In this document: in pieces, positions 13,501-28,500 of the stretch
How positions within the stretch are numbered: the first letter of the stretch is position 1
Layout of the letters: every line of letters begins with the position of its first letter
Assembly: GCF_964204645.1 (NCBI RefSeq)
Contig: NC_134030.1
Span: 11,243,947-11,307,946 of the forward strand
Source of the DNA: Tubulanus polymorphus
Taxonomy: Eukaryota; Animalia; Nemertea
DNA length: 64,000 nt
Reading direction: 5' to 3'
The notes under the pieces: generated by a model
Databases searched by the model: none
The model's input: only the letters and a program-made list of their open reading frames with translations
What the model was told of the DNA's origin: nothing
Program-made: the position numbers and the translations under genes

Positions 13501-16500
13501 ACTTGGGAAGTGGTTCTAAATGCTCAACAATGTAACAATTTCAATATTCAACGCCCCCTGGTGACCATACACAAAAACCAATGACCATGAAACTCACCAC
13601 AATCATAGAACATGTCAGCAGCTACGATTTTTTAATTGATTGTGATAACAAAATATGCCTCGTTACCATTTAATATGGAAATACTAAGTTATTCTACTAT
13701 TCAACGCCCCTGGTGATCATATAGAAAAACTAATGTCCTTAAAACTCGCAACAATCATAGATGATGTCATGAGCTACAACTTTCCAGTTGATTATGGTTA
13801 CAAAATATGCATAGGTACGAATATAATAAAGAAATGCTAAGATATTGTATTATTCAACGCCCCTGGTGGCCATACACGAAATCCAATTACCTTGAAACTC
13901 ACCACAATCATAGAACACGTTATGAGCTACAACTTTTTAATTGATTGTTGAAGCAAAATACGCTTAGGTATCAACATAATGTGGAAAAACTTTTTCCCAC
14001 TTACGAATGAGTACTGGTGACACCAAGATGGCCGCCAATTGCGTCATAATTGGCTGATGAAAAATACCTGTCTCAGGTATAAAACATCCCTTTCCAAAGA
14101 ATACCCATCACAAATTGCAATGAGAAATGGCAAACCAGTAGTAAGCTACAGGACTCAGAATTCGGGCCAAAATTAACATTTTGGGCACCAAAAAGGTCAT
14201 AGGACGGCCATCTTGAGTCCGATCGACCCAATTTTTGTTATGCTGATGGGCCATGGGGGGATTCACATATACCCGAAAGATCAAGGTAATTGATCAAAGC
14301 GTCTTCAAAATTTTCCTCAAAAGGTTCAAAAATATGTAAAAAGTGCTGATTCAGCGAACAACAATGGCTGCCAGTCGAACATCTTGATTCTGACAGGGCC
14401 AGTTTTTGGGCTGAAGATGTGTCTAGGGTAGACACAAATATCAAGACGTTACCTAGAAGCGTCTTCAAAACTTCCCAAAATAACTTGATTCCGTCTACGG
14501 ACGGACGGACGACGGACGAAAAGTGAACGCAATAGCCCGCTGGGACTAAAGTCCCAAGTGGGCTAATAAAGTCTAAGTCACGCAATATAAAAAGAAACCG
14601 AACAAACATGGACGGGTTAAAATCTATTTTAAATCCGTTTTCTGTTTTCTTCTAAAAACCCATTCAGGTCGATATTTTAACTGCTCGCTATTTATTTGAT
14701 TGCGGCGCTAACACATTTTACCTAATTTTTCTTCATCAGTCAGAGATTTGCGTTCAAGAATCTTGCGGCATTGCTGGAGATAACTTGCATCGATACTTCC
14801 ACTGATTTCATCATAATTCTTGTCAACGAAATAACCTGTGGTGAACACAAAACATATGAAATCCGACAATGATGATTATCTGATTAGATTACAAGCAAGC
14901 ATGATACTTACCAACGATCAATTAATATGCTTATGAAGACGTGATTACTCCCCAGATTCATCGTTATTTATACTGGATCACAGTACAGTCAAATTACCAA
15001 ATTTAAAAACTATATAAGTTTTTTCTGGCCTTCTCAGGTTTTTACGTAATTTTATTCAGTTTAGCTAAAATCTGTATTCAATTACTCGATTTTTCCGTGG
15101 CAAATGTAACCACTTACAGAAAATAAATTTCAAAATTCTAACAATACTTAGACGGTAAATGAAATGGATAAATCAAGTCTCAGAAATGTTTTGAGATTTT
15201 CATATATAACTGGAAAATGACCCAAGGAAATTGAGAGTTACATACTGTAATCAACTTTTGCATAATGGCGAAGATGTGACTGGTTTCAGCATAGAAGACA
15301 ATGATGAAACTTACCCGCTGTTTCTGATGTTGCTAAAAAAATAGATTAGATATTGTTAACGTTCCGATACTACATCGGTTTTATGGTATAAACAGCAATG
15401 CTTCGAATGTTTATCTGTGTTAGAAATATGAATCTCAGCAATATAAATTCAGGCTCCATGGAATGGATGAAACGTGTCTTTTCAAATATTCAAGTTCGGC
15501 GGAAAGTCTTACAATTAAGTAGTAAAAGGAAAATACGGCAATTTCGATTTTTACCTTTAAGAAACAACAGACTTATATCAACCAACGTATCTACAATATA
15601 AGAATCGTATAATTAGAATCGATACAAAAGGACCTCCAGGAACTGACGCTAAATTCAATACGTATTTACCATCGTCCGATGAGTAGAGTTCTTCTTTCAC
15701 TTGCCTTAGAATGGCAATAACTGAATAAGAAGAATATTCTCACTAAAAAGCTTTTAAAAGAAAAGGATTGATTTGGAAAAAAAGAAAAGTAGTTGTACAC
15801 ATTTTCTGTGTTCCTTTTGGTTGGCTACCCTTGAGCGCAACTCAGCACACCAGAAAAACGATGGCGGAGGCGATCTGCATATTCAATTTATGTCATGTTG
15901 TGTTCTTTGTCTGTCAGGGGTGGATTTAGAGGATGGTCACGGGGTCCGGACCCCTACTTTCCCATTGAGGTTGCCCTATTCATCGAGGCAAAGATAGTGA
16001 AAACATGCCAATTTGACACTTATCTTTTTGGAAATTGTATATTTTTTTATTTATTTCGTCAAAAATATCTAACACCAATGGCGGGACCCCGTTAAAGTCT
16101 ATCCCAGTGGTTATGATCGCGGCATTTCCACTCTCGAAGAGCCAGTATCAACAACAATTTAATTGATACTGACAGCTGTAAGTGGTCAAACTCACCATGA
16201 GCATCGCTGACTCGCTGGACCCCAGCTGCTTGTTATATAGTAACGGGCAAGAGTGAATAAAGAGCAAAACTTTTCGAAGCTTACACTAAGAAAATGAAGA
16301 AATTAGCAAGGAAAAATTAGTTTGAAGTCTTGTTGCATTCAAGAGTGAATATTTTCCGAGGATACCAAAGTCAATGTTTACATTAGAAAGTGTCAGAACT
16401 AATTTTCAAGTTGAAACATTATATTAGGACTGTGTGTAAGCAAAATAGCAACACAGAACGTACGACTCATGAGATGATAATCAAATCCACAAATAGTCAT

Positions 16501-19500
16501 TTGTTAACATATTTGCGCATGTCTAGCTTTGTTAAGTGCACAAAATAAGAAATTAATCCTCGAAATTCCATGCTTAAATACATTTTAAGTAATCGGTGTT
16601 CTTTGAGAATATACAAGAAAAAACCAAATCTAGAGGAATAAAGAGAAGTGAATGACCAGGATGTGAAAACTTTAGTATTATTCACTCTTGAATGTAGTAG
16701 TTGCCTGACCTCAGTTACTTGCAGGGTTGAGCACATAGAAACCACAGGGTTCCAGATCCGCTATGATATGAACTGTTTGATGCACCGCGATCATAACCAC
16801 TGGGATAGACTTTAGTAGCCTATTACATGGCTAAATTTTCCTAGATCCGTCAGTGACACATTCGTATATACGTATCAGCAAATTATTATCATACCCATAC
16901 CGTTACCCGAGTTCAACGACTCAATCGGGCCTAGATCAATGTGGAGAACAATCCTCCGCCGATCAAAATATTCAATAAAATTAGCATTTGACGGAAAGGG
17001 TGAAGGCTGCGCTCGAGAAACTGTACCCCATATAACAGGAACAAGCCTTCATTCGAGCAAAAAGGGATAACAGTCATTTTGAATACTAGTATGGCCAACA
17101 TCGATACGACTTATCTTCATGCCATACGCATCGCATGTAAGGTACATGGCAAGAACAGTGTATTTCCAATATCCAATCACGCCAGTGAGTCAACTATCTT
17201 GAATGCAACTATGACTAAGATATATCATTTGCTGCAGCGCATACTCCTTTCAAATGAGGAGGCTGCACTTCCAAAACTGCATCATGTATGGCATAAGCAG
17301 GTTATAGAATCCAATATGGTACCCAGTCACCAAAATCAATAGGCTTATTTAGGTACTATACATTTTACGCGAATGGGTGAGAACGAATAATCACTTGCCC
17401 CATATACATGTAGAATGGATCGGGAACAGTGTATATTTAGGATTCAATATGGCCACCAGTCATATACTGAGTCTATAGGCCTCTTGAGTTTTGTGCTTAT
17501 GCCATATACTGTTTATGTGAAAATATGATTCCAACACCTCTTGAGGGTAAAACAATAATTTGTGGAAACGAATACTATACATCAAAGAATGGGAACAAGG
17601 CAATATATCAATGATAAGCCACGCAGTGAGTAACCCTATTTCTCACACCGACACAAAAATATCGAAAAAGAGCTTCACGGGGCACTCCTGACAGGTTTTG
17701 ATATTCGCTTTCCCTAAATTATGCAATCTATGGGTTATATTTGTCAAAATTCACTCCCCGCTGAATGTAATTTACACAGTACAATCGTGTTTTATAAGTA
17801 GCACAGGCAACAGGAACGAATACCGCAGATATTTTCCCTTCATATTATTGATTAGAATGTGCATGTATCGTGGTTTACGAAAATAAATTGTTATCATTAT
17901 TAAAGCGGAACAAATCATATTGGATTTGATGTTATTTTGTTCAATAGAATTCAATTGAATTTGAAATGTTTTGCAGAATTAAATTTTTTAAAGTCGTTCT
18001 ATAAAGAGCCCAGAGCGTAAGGGTATTTAGAGGAGTCCAGAGGGTCAGAGTTAGGTTAGGGTTAGAGTAGGCTTAGGTTTAGGATTAGGGTTTTCAGGGA
18101 AAAAACAATAGGTAAATGTAATAAATGTAGATATAGTAAAACGTTGCTTAGCCGGCACGCCGCACTCGAGAGGCATGTTCAAATCATTTCTGAAATATCA
18201 ACACCGAATTTTTCTAAGACGACTACTGATAAACTGATGAAGATAGTTATTTAAGAACTATGTTGAAACTTCCTGTAAATATATTATTGATGACAACTGC
18301 TGAAAAGTGCTGCAATTCTGTTCTGTTCTGTTAACTCCTCCAGCAGTATAGCTATTTACTGCTGTAAGTTTTTGATGGATATCCATATTTGTATTCTGAA
18401 TTTTAATTTGAAGTATTACTTATTGCTGTCACAGAATTAATCGTTTTTTGAAATTGTAATTTTGGTTGACTAGGCATTGATAGGCCTTCCTTACTTGGAT
18501 TTTACTTTCTTAAGGTAACGATGGGCAATTTTAGATCGATTTTCAGTTCAGTCAACTCATGCAGTGAATCTAAATTTAACGCTGAATCTAAACCTAAGAT
18601 AGTTGACATTTGTTATAAAATTTGACTAATAAAACGTTTTATTTTTGATGCAGTAATTGTTTATTTCTTTAAGTACGGCAATAGCGCAGTCTCAAATGTT
18701 TTGTGACTTTCTCAAAATGTTTCAAAAATTGAAGTAATTTTTAGTTCATAAGTCTCAAATATTCATAAATGATCAGTTCAAAATTGTTGAAACATGTCGA
18801 CTCGGCCGTAAATCAACCTATTAACAGACCCGATTGAGGGATAATGCCGGGCTTTAGAGAACATAATGCCCCCGAGGTCTTCACATTTACAGAAAAGATT
18901 ACGTAAGCGTGCCGCGCATTACACCGGATAGGCACACAATAGAAATCTGAGCCGCGCGTTCTTTGATCATCACCAATTAAGGGGACCGCTATTGTGAATA
19001 TTGACTGCGGGAGGAATATTCCCAAAGTCAATCGATGGAAACTTGACCAAGGGGTCCGATATTCAAAAATTTACCTTGGGATGAATATTCTTCCCAATGT
19101 CAAACGAAGAGAATTTGACCTTCAGGTCTGATATTCAAAGTATTGACTTCGGGAGGAATATTCCTCCCAAAGTCAATCAATGGAAACTCGGCCAAAGGGT
19201 TCCGATATGAATATGTTTTTTTTTCTCTCAGGTAGAGGTTATTTTCATTTCATGTTAGGCCACGTGAGTTTATTTTGTTATTATTTACGTCTAGCGAAAG
19301 ATATGGTCTGCACATGCGCCGGTCTCTTGTGAAAAATAAATTCGCATCCATCCGATATGGGAAATAGCTACTTCTCGACCCTTGCACAATTGTCAATGAT
19401 GAATTTTCTGTATTGCAAATAAAAATCCCTTCCAAAAACCAAAATCAACCAAAGGTTTTAAATCTTGAAATAAAACCCGGATGTAAAACAGTATGGTCAT

Positions 19501-22500
19501 AGGCTCAGCCTATGGCTGGCCCAATAACTAGTCAAACAGTCAAACGTAGTTTAGAATGTATTACTTACACTTTTCACACTGCTGATTCGTTTCATCTTCC
19601 TCTAAAATATGAGAAATCAAATTCAGAAATTTACGCATTGGCATAAATTGATATGTTATGAAAGGGCAGCTCACCTATGTCAATTTTGACACTTGTACAC
19701 CGGATAGCCTTATAATCTGAAAAAAATAAAATTTGTTCTCAGCGCGTTCATGCAAACTTCAGCATCGACCATCACATCGAATTATTGTCGGATATATAAA
19801 GACATCATGCCAAAAAAGCCACATCTTTTAACAATTTTCTGACATTTGCCATTTAGTTGGCGGGGAAACATGTTAAAAACCAGCAATGTCAACGAGATGG
19901 TCACCTAGAAGAAAGGTGACCGATGGTCACCTAGAAGAAGGGTGACCATCGTTATGTTCATGCAATGCACGAATCCGTCGTCCACGAAAATTCGGAATTC
20001 CGCGACGACTATTTGCTCGGTTCGATTCATGCGTGTATGTGCTAGCAATCATTTCATAAACTTTCATAAATCAAGTGTTATTTGTATGCCGTGACATGCC
20101 AAATTCAGAATTCTCCTCGTAGATGCATCGCCCTTAATCGTGATATCATTGATCTATATCATTATTAATAACGGGTACAACAGCCCCGTGTAACTTAGTG
20201 TGTTACAGTGGTTGCAGGTAGTGGTTACAGTTTTCGTGACATTTTGCACGCTGATAAGGCAGCTGCATGACCATTTCGTTAACAATTAAGTGACCCCCAT
20301 TAAACTACTAAACTATATTCCAAGCATCAGCTGCAACGGCTGTGTGGTTATCACAGCAATAGCACATGCATCCAGTTACTGCGGCTAAGCGGGTCTCGAT
20401 TGACATAAAAGAGATCAGATGTTTGCCTCCCGGTTGGGGAATATTTTTCATTACTAGAATGTCACCGAAGACGACTGATGCCCCCAAATCAGGTGAGTTT
20501 ACAATACACCGTGAGCGTATGTCGATAGATTTATGAAAGCAGGAAATAAAAAATACAAACAGCTTGACCTTGACCATACGTCGATACAAACCCTCATTAC
20601 CAGATACTGTTGATGTTGTCTTTAACCCTTCAGATTTCTTTTTTGTTTTCCGTTTCTTCCTTGCAGGATTATCATCTACAATGTATATTTATACATTACG
20701 TATACAAGAGCAAAATGTCATTGGTACAGTTTTCGGGGATGAGATGATTTTAGGCCAAATGTATAATATCCGTATAAATAGACGCGTCTATGAATCTTTT
20801 GGTGAAATATTGAGAATATTAAAAGCTACACATTGGCGGATCTAGGGTGTTACTCGAGGGGCCAGAGCCCCTCCCCTCGAAGTTCGGAACGTTTTTCTTT
20901 TACTCGACATTTTCCCAAATACTACCGTGTCCAGGCTTGAGAGTGGTGTATACTTGTAATGATCTACTATTTCTTCTTACCAAAATTACATGTAGTTCTA
21001 AAATGCAGGAAATTGTTCCAATTTGCACATGGAAGCAAGGCTTAACTTTCCGCCTACGGCACTCACAAAATCTGCGCACATTGTGAGTGTTATATAAATA
21101 TCTAACAGGGCCCCCTAGACAAGATAGCCCTAAATCAGCCCTAAACGAACAAATGAATATAGCAGGTTTTTAGAATCAAAATTATTGATAACCCTGGCTG
21201 TCAATTTGATGCATTCGCCTGAACTTACTTTCTACTTTCTCGGTTGAAGTACTAAAGCCTGCAAGAAGCAAAACATCCATATCAAAGATTACGTATATCA
21301 TCATTTCATGATGAGATAATGTTCATTCTTTGTTTATTTACACATAAATTCTCAACTGTGCTTTAGAAATAACTGGGCATTCAGATAAAATTTCTCAAAT
21401 ATTAGGCTTTTATATTGTCATAAAGGTGCCTCAAAATAAAGGCTGGTTAAGACCTGGGCGTTTTCCGGTTAAAGGAGAGCAAATCCGACTTACAAACTCT
21501 CTACAAGCCTTTTATCAGATTTATACATTATGCTATTTCGCAGTTGGAGTATGATCCAATGCATTAGAAGGCATTGGAAATTTTTCCACAATCTGCATAG
21601 CAGTAATAACGGATTTTCTGCATTGATTAACTTGAAGTTCTTGGAAGCAATAGAATCCATATTGAAATGATTTGTCTAAATTGTAGTCAGTGGAATTCAA
21701 TCAGTGCCGCCTAAAATGCACTGCCACTCACGCAACGCTGGCAAATATGATTTTTAACAAAACAAAGGGAATTTATAGCTATGAACTGTTAAAATCTGAA
21801 TGGTTTCGATACGGGGGTGATTTTTCTGTAACACGAGAGCAAAACTTCTTTCATGAATTGAATCTGTCCGAATCGTTGTCAGGCCATCAAGCCACACCCT
21901 TAAATCAGATCCTGTCATCTACCCATAACGGCAAAACCATGCAGCGTACCGTTTAGTCCGGGGTAATGTATACGTTTACGGCTCGAATTTGCTGTTTTAA
22001 CGTTGGTTCATGAAAATTAAAAATGATGGAGTATTTGTAGATTTAAGTAATCTTAAGGTAAATCTAATGATTTTAATCGGAATATTCCGTAAGGAACATT
22101 TCAGGTAAGTCTAATGGCCGGGTCGAAAGCCCGCATAGTTTAATTGGAATCAATTAACCTTTATTGGATTGCATTGTCATCCATACGAACGCAAATACGA
22201 ATTCATTTTCACTGCACACATTACCATGATACATAGAGTGAAAACACGTATTACAATAAGTTAATATTTACAAAACAACAATTGCGATAAGAAATTAAGG
22301 AATAAAAACACATCAAATCATTAACAAAACATACATTGACTATATTTACAATGTGTTAAACCATTGGAGGAATTTATACACATTTAAGCCTGCTTTAATT
22401 ATTCGAGCCAATCAGACCGTTGGCATTTTGAAAATATCAAGGGTATTAAAGGTATTCTATTATGATAGTTTGTAATATTCAAATAGTTTATCAAGTAAAG

Positions 22501-25500
22501 TACAGTCAAAGAGAAAATGGGATCCATCACCTTGAATATTTCAATATATCCTGTCATCTCTATCTAAATGAAGGTCTGAAAATGTATCCACAGGTAAACT
22601 ATAAGAACCGATCCTAAATTCATATAAACTAGTAAGGAAGTCCATCATCGAGTTCAATAATATCTGGCCTAATATCATTTTCATATTGCCTAAAATTAGT
22701 GTTTATCGGATTAGTATTAACGGTCATGGAAACGCAGTTTTATTCCTTTTGAAGAAGAATTACTGTTTTTCAAACAATTTCGAAATATATAACAACCAAG
22801 GACTCTAAAAATTTAATCCTTAAAAAACAAATCTTAAGATATTTTATGAAGAATTGAGTTAAATTTAGATTGCTATCCAGATACTGATTTTACCAAAGAA
22901 ATTAATTATCATTTCAACAACACACAGCCATTCTATGGCGACAATTCGTTAAGATTTGCTTGCAGTAATGTGGAATAAAAATAATTCTTGTAAATAGTCA
23001 AAGGAATTCTTTCGAAGGTCGGAAAACCCTATTTCAACTTCTGCGGCGCTCTGTTCACTGTGATACGGATGTTCAACGGCACTGATATGCTTTCATTAGT
23101 TTGTATTATTGGCCCGGCCTATACTCCTTACTATATTAACCGTGTATCAGTAATCTCTAAATAGGGGAATCAATTACTAAGGGCTCAGAGTCGTCTATGA
23201 GACGAGGTACCCATTCTTTCCTGGGTGAAGAGAGACAATCGCAGTCGCTTGTCCCGTATCGTAAGGGGATGGTACCCCCCTAGCTTCTCGGAGTTGAACG
23301 TTCTAACTACTCACCCTCGCCACTCAACAACTTACTTGCCGAGTGATGAAACTGTGGTTTAAAATCTTCGGGTTTGTTGTATATAGCCTTAGCTTTCCGC
23401 AGAAGTATGTCGTCCAAAGCTATAACGAAGTGACAAAGCCAATAATGAAGTTACTTCCAAGATTAACATCATCGCTGATTAAAATGGCCCCAGGGATATT
23501 TGACAAAATCAAATATCAAACGGGTCGTGCTTGTCAAATACGTTTCTTTGTGTTCGGCCTTTATATTCTACTTACCTCTACCTGAATCATTCAACTTGCG
23601 ATCCCAATACTTATACGGTATTTTCCAGTATTTGTCTGAAATTCAGATGATCTATTGTTCATCAAGGTTAGGCCGAAATTACTACTTTTGATACAAACTA
23701 GGGATCCATGGACACCATGTCCACTTGGGAAGTGGTTTGAAACGCTCGACAATCTAACAGATGCAATATGGAACGTCACCTGGTGAACATACACTGAAAC
23801 CAATGGCCTAGAAACTCACATTAATCAAACCTGTCATGAGCCACAATTTTGCACTATATTGTGGTTACAATATATGCCAAAGTTTCAATATAATATGGAA
23901 ATAAGTTATTCTGCTTTTCTTAATTTAAAAAACAACTTTATTTACTTAACTTTATTTAAACAAGGAAAATGGTACGTGTATGGTTACAGCTAGCCGAGAA
24001 TTTAAGCGAATGTTTTAAGCAAACATACACAAATCTTTTAATACATATTCATTTTTCTGTTGCATCAAAGCAAGAATTTGAAAGGACTTGGATCAGTAAA
24101 AAAATATTAGGGGATAAGGCGCATTCTTACATCGCTAAAATAATTACAGTAAAAAAGATAATGATATTCATCACCGACACCATTGTTACATAGGGTACAA
24201 AAATACGTTCCTCTCTATCCGTCTTTTCCCATCTCCCAGTTTCCACCGGAAACTTGTGGTTGCTACTTCTGAATTTAGTCAGGTTTATAATAAGGTTATC
24301 TGATATAATTTTAGATATTAGGTATGGTTCTAGCACTAGATCCTGCATGAATAAACCGTAATATGAGCCTTTAGAAGAGATGAACCAATAAAACAACTTC
24401 TCTATTCTTGCGAAAATTATTCCTTTAATCTCTGGCGAAGGGATAATTTTAGCCAGTTTTGATTTGGAAATAGTTGGCTATCCCAAATTTTGTTAAAACC
24501 AACAGTATATAACATGTTTTTGATGTTTTGCAACCATTTACAATTGTGTAAGCCATAAAGAGCTTGATAGATTGCCCCTGATATATTACCTTGACGGGTT
24601 GTAATAAGAGTTGACCAATAATTAATAATTCTGGATTTGACTAGTCTTCCTGATTCACCGTTGAGTATGTATAAAGGAGTACTTTTTCTAAGGCGTAAAA
24701 CCCGACGTAAACATTCAGTATGGACACGCTCAATGATGTCTAGGTAGGAGAATCCCCAGATTTCGCAACCGTTCAGCAAGATTGGAACTATGGTTTCATC
24801 GAACATTCTAAACTGGCAATCGAATGGTAAATCTAGTGAATATATTCTCATATACAAGACATTCAACGCTTTTTTGCTTGGTCAATTAACAGTTTCTTGC
24901 CTTCTAGGCAGCTTCGATTTTGTTTGAATTTGTTACCTAAAAATTTATAGTCAACTACTCTATCTACATTTTGATTACCCATATGAAAGTGAAAGTTTCC
25001 TATACCTCTTGTTCCAAAAATGCCACCTGGTGACTATATACAAAAACCAATGATCTTGAAACTCACCACAATAATAGAATATAACATGAGCTACAATTTT
25101 GCAATTGATCGTGGTAACGAAGTAGGTAACAATATAATACATGTCGCGTGCCCTCAGAACCGATCGATATACCAGCCCAGCCGCTAGGACACGACATTCA
25201 ATAAAAAGACGGAAAGGCGAGGTCCAAAAGGTCACCTTGCACACCTCGTTCAAATCGCCCAGGCAAAGGCCCTGGAGGGAAAATTTTGACGGGCTTGTTA
25301 AAATCCTATTCAAGAACGTGCAGGACAAAATTAGTTTTGAAAAGTAAACAAGATTTAAAAAAGAATCGAAAATACAAAGATTACTATATGCGTAGCTCCA
25401 AGTTGCGCACGGATAGGCTCCTTGAGTTGAATATGAAGACAATATTGATAGAAATACCCACTGGTCATAAATTCAGAGTTACACCAACGGTCGTGTAGTT

Positions 25501-28500
25501 AGACGCGATGATGATACTAACCAGCAGTTTGATTATGAAATGCCCGATCGCGGGCGCCGTCGTGGTCGCGGAGGTTACCGTGGTAGAGGTCTCCGAGGCA
25601 TGTATTGATGTGCCACCCAGCCAGATGATAACTCATTGAAAATAGCCACTTGGAACATAAGTGGATGGACCAAGCTTAACTCTGCGTTAAGAGAGTCCAT
25701 CTTAATCAACGAAAACTGTGATGTGTACTGTCTTACAGAAACTCATATGGATCACATTTTAATTGAAAATTTACTAAATGTGTCTGATTACTCGTGGTTT
25801 CCTTTTTCCAGGAGCCTGCGAAATAAACATGCGAAAGTAAAGGATGGAGGTGTCGGTTTATTAATACGAAACTCTTTGCTTGAATATTACGATTTAATTT
25901 TTGTAGATAAAACTTTTGTCACATTTTATTGCACAAATATATAAGTTAAGTGATAGTGATATTATACTTCTCTGTGGAGACTTCAATGCCAGAACAGGGA
26001 CGATACCAGATGATAGTGACGATTCCGAAATCCCACAAAGAGTGTACCTTGACAAAACTAGTTGAATTTCTAAAGGACACTAACTTTTGAGTATTAAATG
26101 GAAGATTAACTCCGGGTAATGATATTTACACATGTATTAATGCACGGGGCAAATCTGTAGTTGACCATTGCTGTACCCACTGATAACTCTTATTGTAAGC
26201 ATTTTAATGTATATCCTAGCAGAAAGAGCTAATTGTGCTCATTTAATCAGCAGTAAAAGTAGATTACCAGATCATTCTCTGATTTGCGTCGAAGTGGAAG
26301 TATCTGAGTTTCAAAAAATATTTCACTCAGCTGAATGGAGATGCCACGTTGAAAGATCGCCTAAAACTAAAAGGTACTATTTTAATGAAATCCCAGCTGA
26401 ATTCATGACCAACGACTTATTCCGAAATGCTATTAATATTATTATTCAACGGTTGGAAGATTTACGGAAAAACCAAGCTGAATTTGATAATTTATACACA
26501 TAATTTACGTAAACTATTACAAATGAGATGGATTCGTATCTAGACATCAAAAAGGTATCACAGAAATCCACGCGGAAAAAATTTAAGTCTTATAAACCTT
26601 ACTGGTGTGAGGAATTAAGTGTTGCATGGAAATCTGTTTTTAACTAAAAGCCATGAAAAAAGCTGGTTTAAAGGATAAGAAAACCCAGCACTCTGAATAT
26701 ATCCTCTTCAGACATCGACAGACCTTATAGTTTGCTGCTTAGTATTTTCAGGTCACAAGAAATTACAATTTATTACAAATTCTATCGAATAGAAAACACA
26801 GCGCTCATCTTCTGCTACGATGATTCAACCTATTTTCATGTCAAACGTTCACGCGTTACAGCATCACGGTACGAGCTTGTGTGTGTGTGGTGTAGCACTC
26901 CGCGTGCATGTGGAGGCCTCGTGTAAGTGAATATTCGCTTACACGTCAATGTCAATCAAAACAATCACCGGGTATTAAAATTAAACAATACCTATGGCAG
27001 ATGAGTGAAATAATTACATCCTCACCAGCATTGAGCATTTGAAATCGGCACGTATACGGCACCTAGTCCAATGAAACGTACGCCATTGTATGGCTTTCCA
27101 ATAATTATTTTAGTAGCGCTGGAATTCCCCGTATATCCCAAAAACAGCCAATCACATTCGCTCGTAGAGACGACGCCCCCAATCGAGGTCATTGCAATTT
27201 TATACGCGAGAGCTAAGAATTTTCCCGCCAAAAACAGTTTTTCGTAGAATTTTAACTCAGTTGACCATGTCATCGACGGAGGTTCGCCATGTCTTATATC
27301 GCATCGATTATACGTCGTTTAAGCCGAGAACCAATGAAACAAATGCTCACATAAAAAAAACGTACCACGATTTTAAATGAATTGGCTCAATGCCAACATC
27401 ATAACGCTGACAAAGGTAAACCAAAAACGTAAAACACCGGGTATCGATAATATCCCGAATGAAGTACTTCAAAACGAAACGGTCATTCAATGTTTGGTTT
27501 CACTCTTTAATTTTTGTTTCAATAACCATACCGTTCCCCATACCAAAAGGCTCAACCAAAGATCCTTATATTCCTTTTAACTATAGGGGCATAGCTTTAT
27601 TATCGTGTGATGGGAAATGGTATTCATGTGTACTAAATCGCCGCATTGTGAATTATTGCGAAACTAAAATGGACTTCTCTCTGACTGTCAGAATGGCTTT
27701 CGTAAAGGGAGACCTCTTCCCCTTCTCATTTCAGGTCACACCACCAGGAGGCACCCACGGAGCCGAAGACTCGTCCGCCGCCGAGACCGAGCCGGAAGAT
27801 TCGACAGCCCGCGACGCCGAGGACGCCTGCACTAACCGCAGCTGCGCCCGCCGCGCCCACAGCGCCTCCTTTTTCTAATTCCAGGTCACCGAGAAGCTAC
27901 GCGGATGTCACCAGGACGCCACCAACCAGAATGGCGCCAACACCAAGAAGTCCGACGCCACCGAGAAGTCCGACGCCGCCGCCTTGAAACCCGACGCCGC
28001 CGCCGCAGAGAACGCCGACCGCACCAACCAGCAGTCCGATGCCGTCTCTCTGTGCTCTTTCAAGCTCTCCGTCTCATTACAGGTCACCAGGGCGCCTACT
28101 GCCAGCGCGAAGTCCGACGCCAACACCGAGACCGACGGCGCCCCAGGAAATTTTGCCGTCATCCGAATACGGGTCGGAAGAAACAGGATTGGAGTCTGCC
28201 ACCAACCCGGCGACCCATTCTGGTGATTGGTGACTCAAATCTGAGTAACATCACATCAAGCCGCCGTCCGGATGACGTCCAGATTGAGAGCTTCCCCGGC
28301 TGCAAGATGGCTCATCTCGCCGACCTGATCGATGCTGTACCGGAGCGCCGAGATCGCCCGGATACGGTGATCATCAGCGTCGGAATCAACAACCGCGACA
28401 ACAACTTCGAAGCGACCACCAGGAAGACTACACAGCGCCTGATCAACGCCGCAGTCAAAAAGTATCAGCACTCGTTCGTCCACTTCGTTCAACTCAACAC

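Noticed and set aside
14912-14972. Candidate exon with a strong gtaagt donor
   Set aside because: 61 nt with stops in all frames tried.
18049-18095. TTAGGG-like tract suggesting an interstitial telomere
   Set aside because: Short and highly degenerate; such tracts are common inside invertebrate repeats.
21494-21675. 182-nt AG/GT-bounded candidate exon inside the exon cluster
   Set aside because: Not a multiple of 3; stop in phase 1; its open frame (phase 0-2) creates a stop when joined to the next exon.
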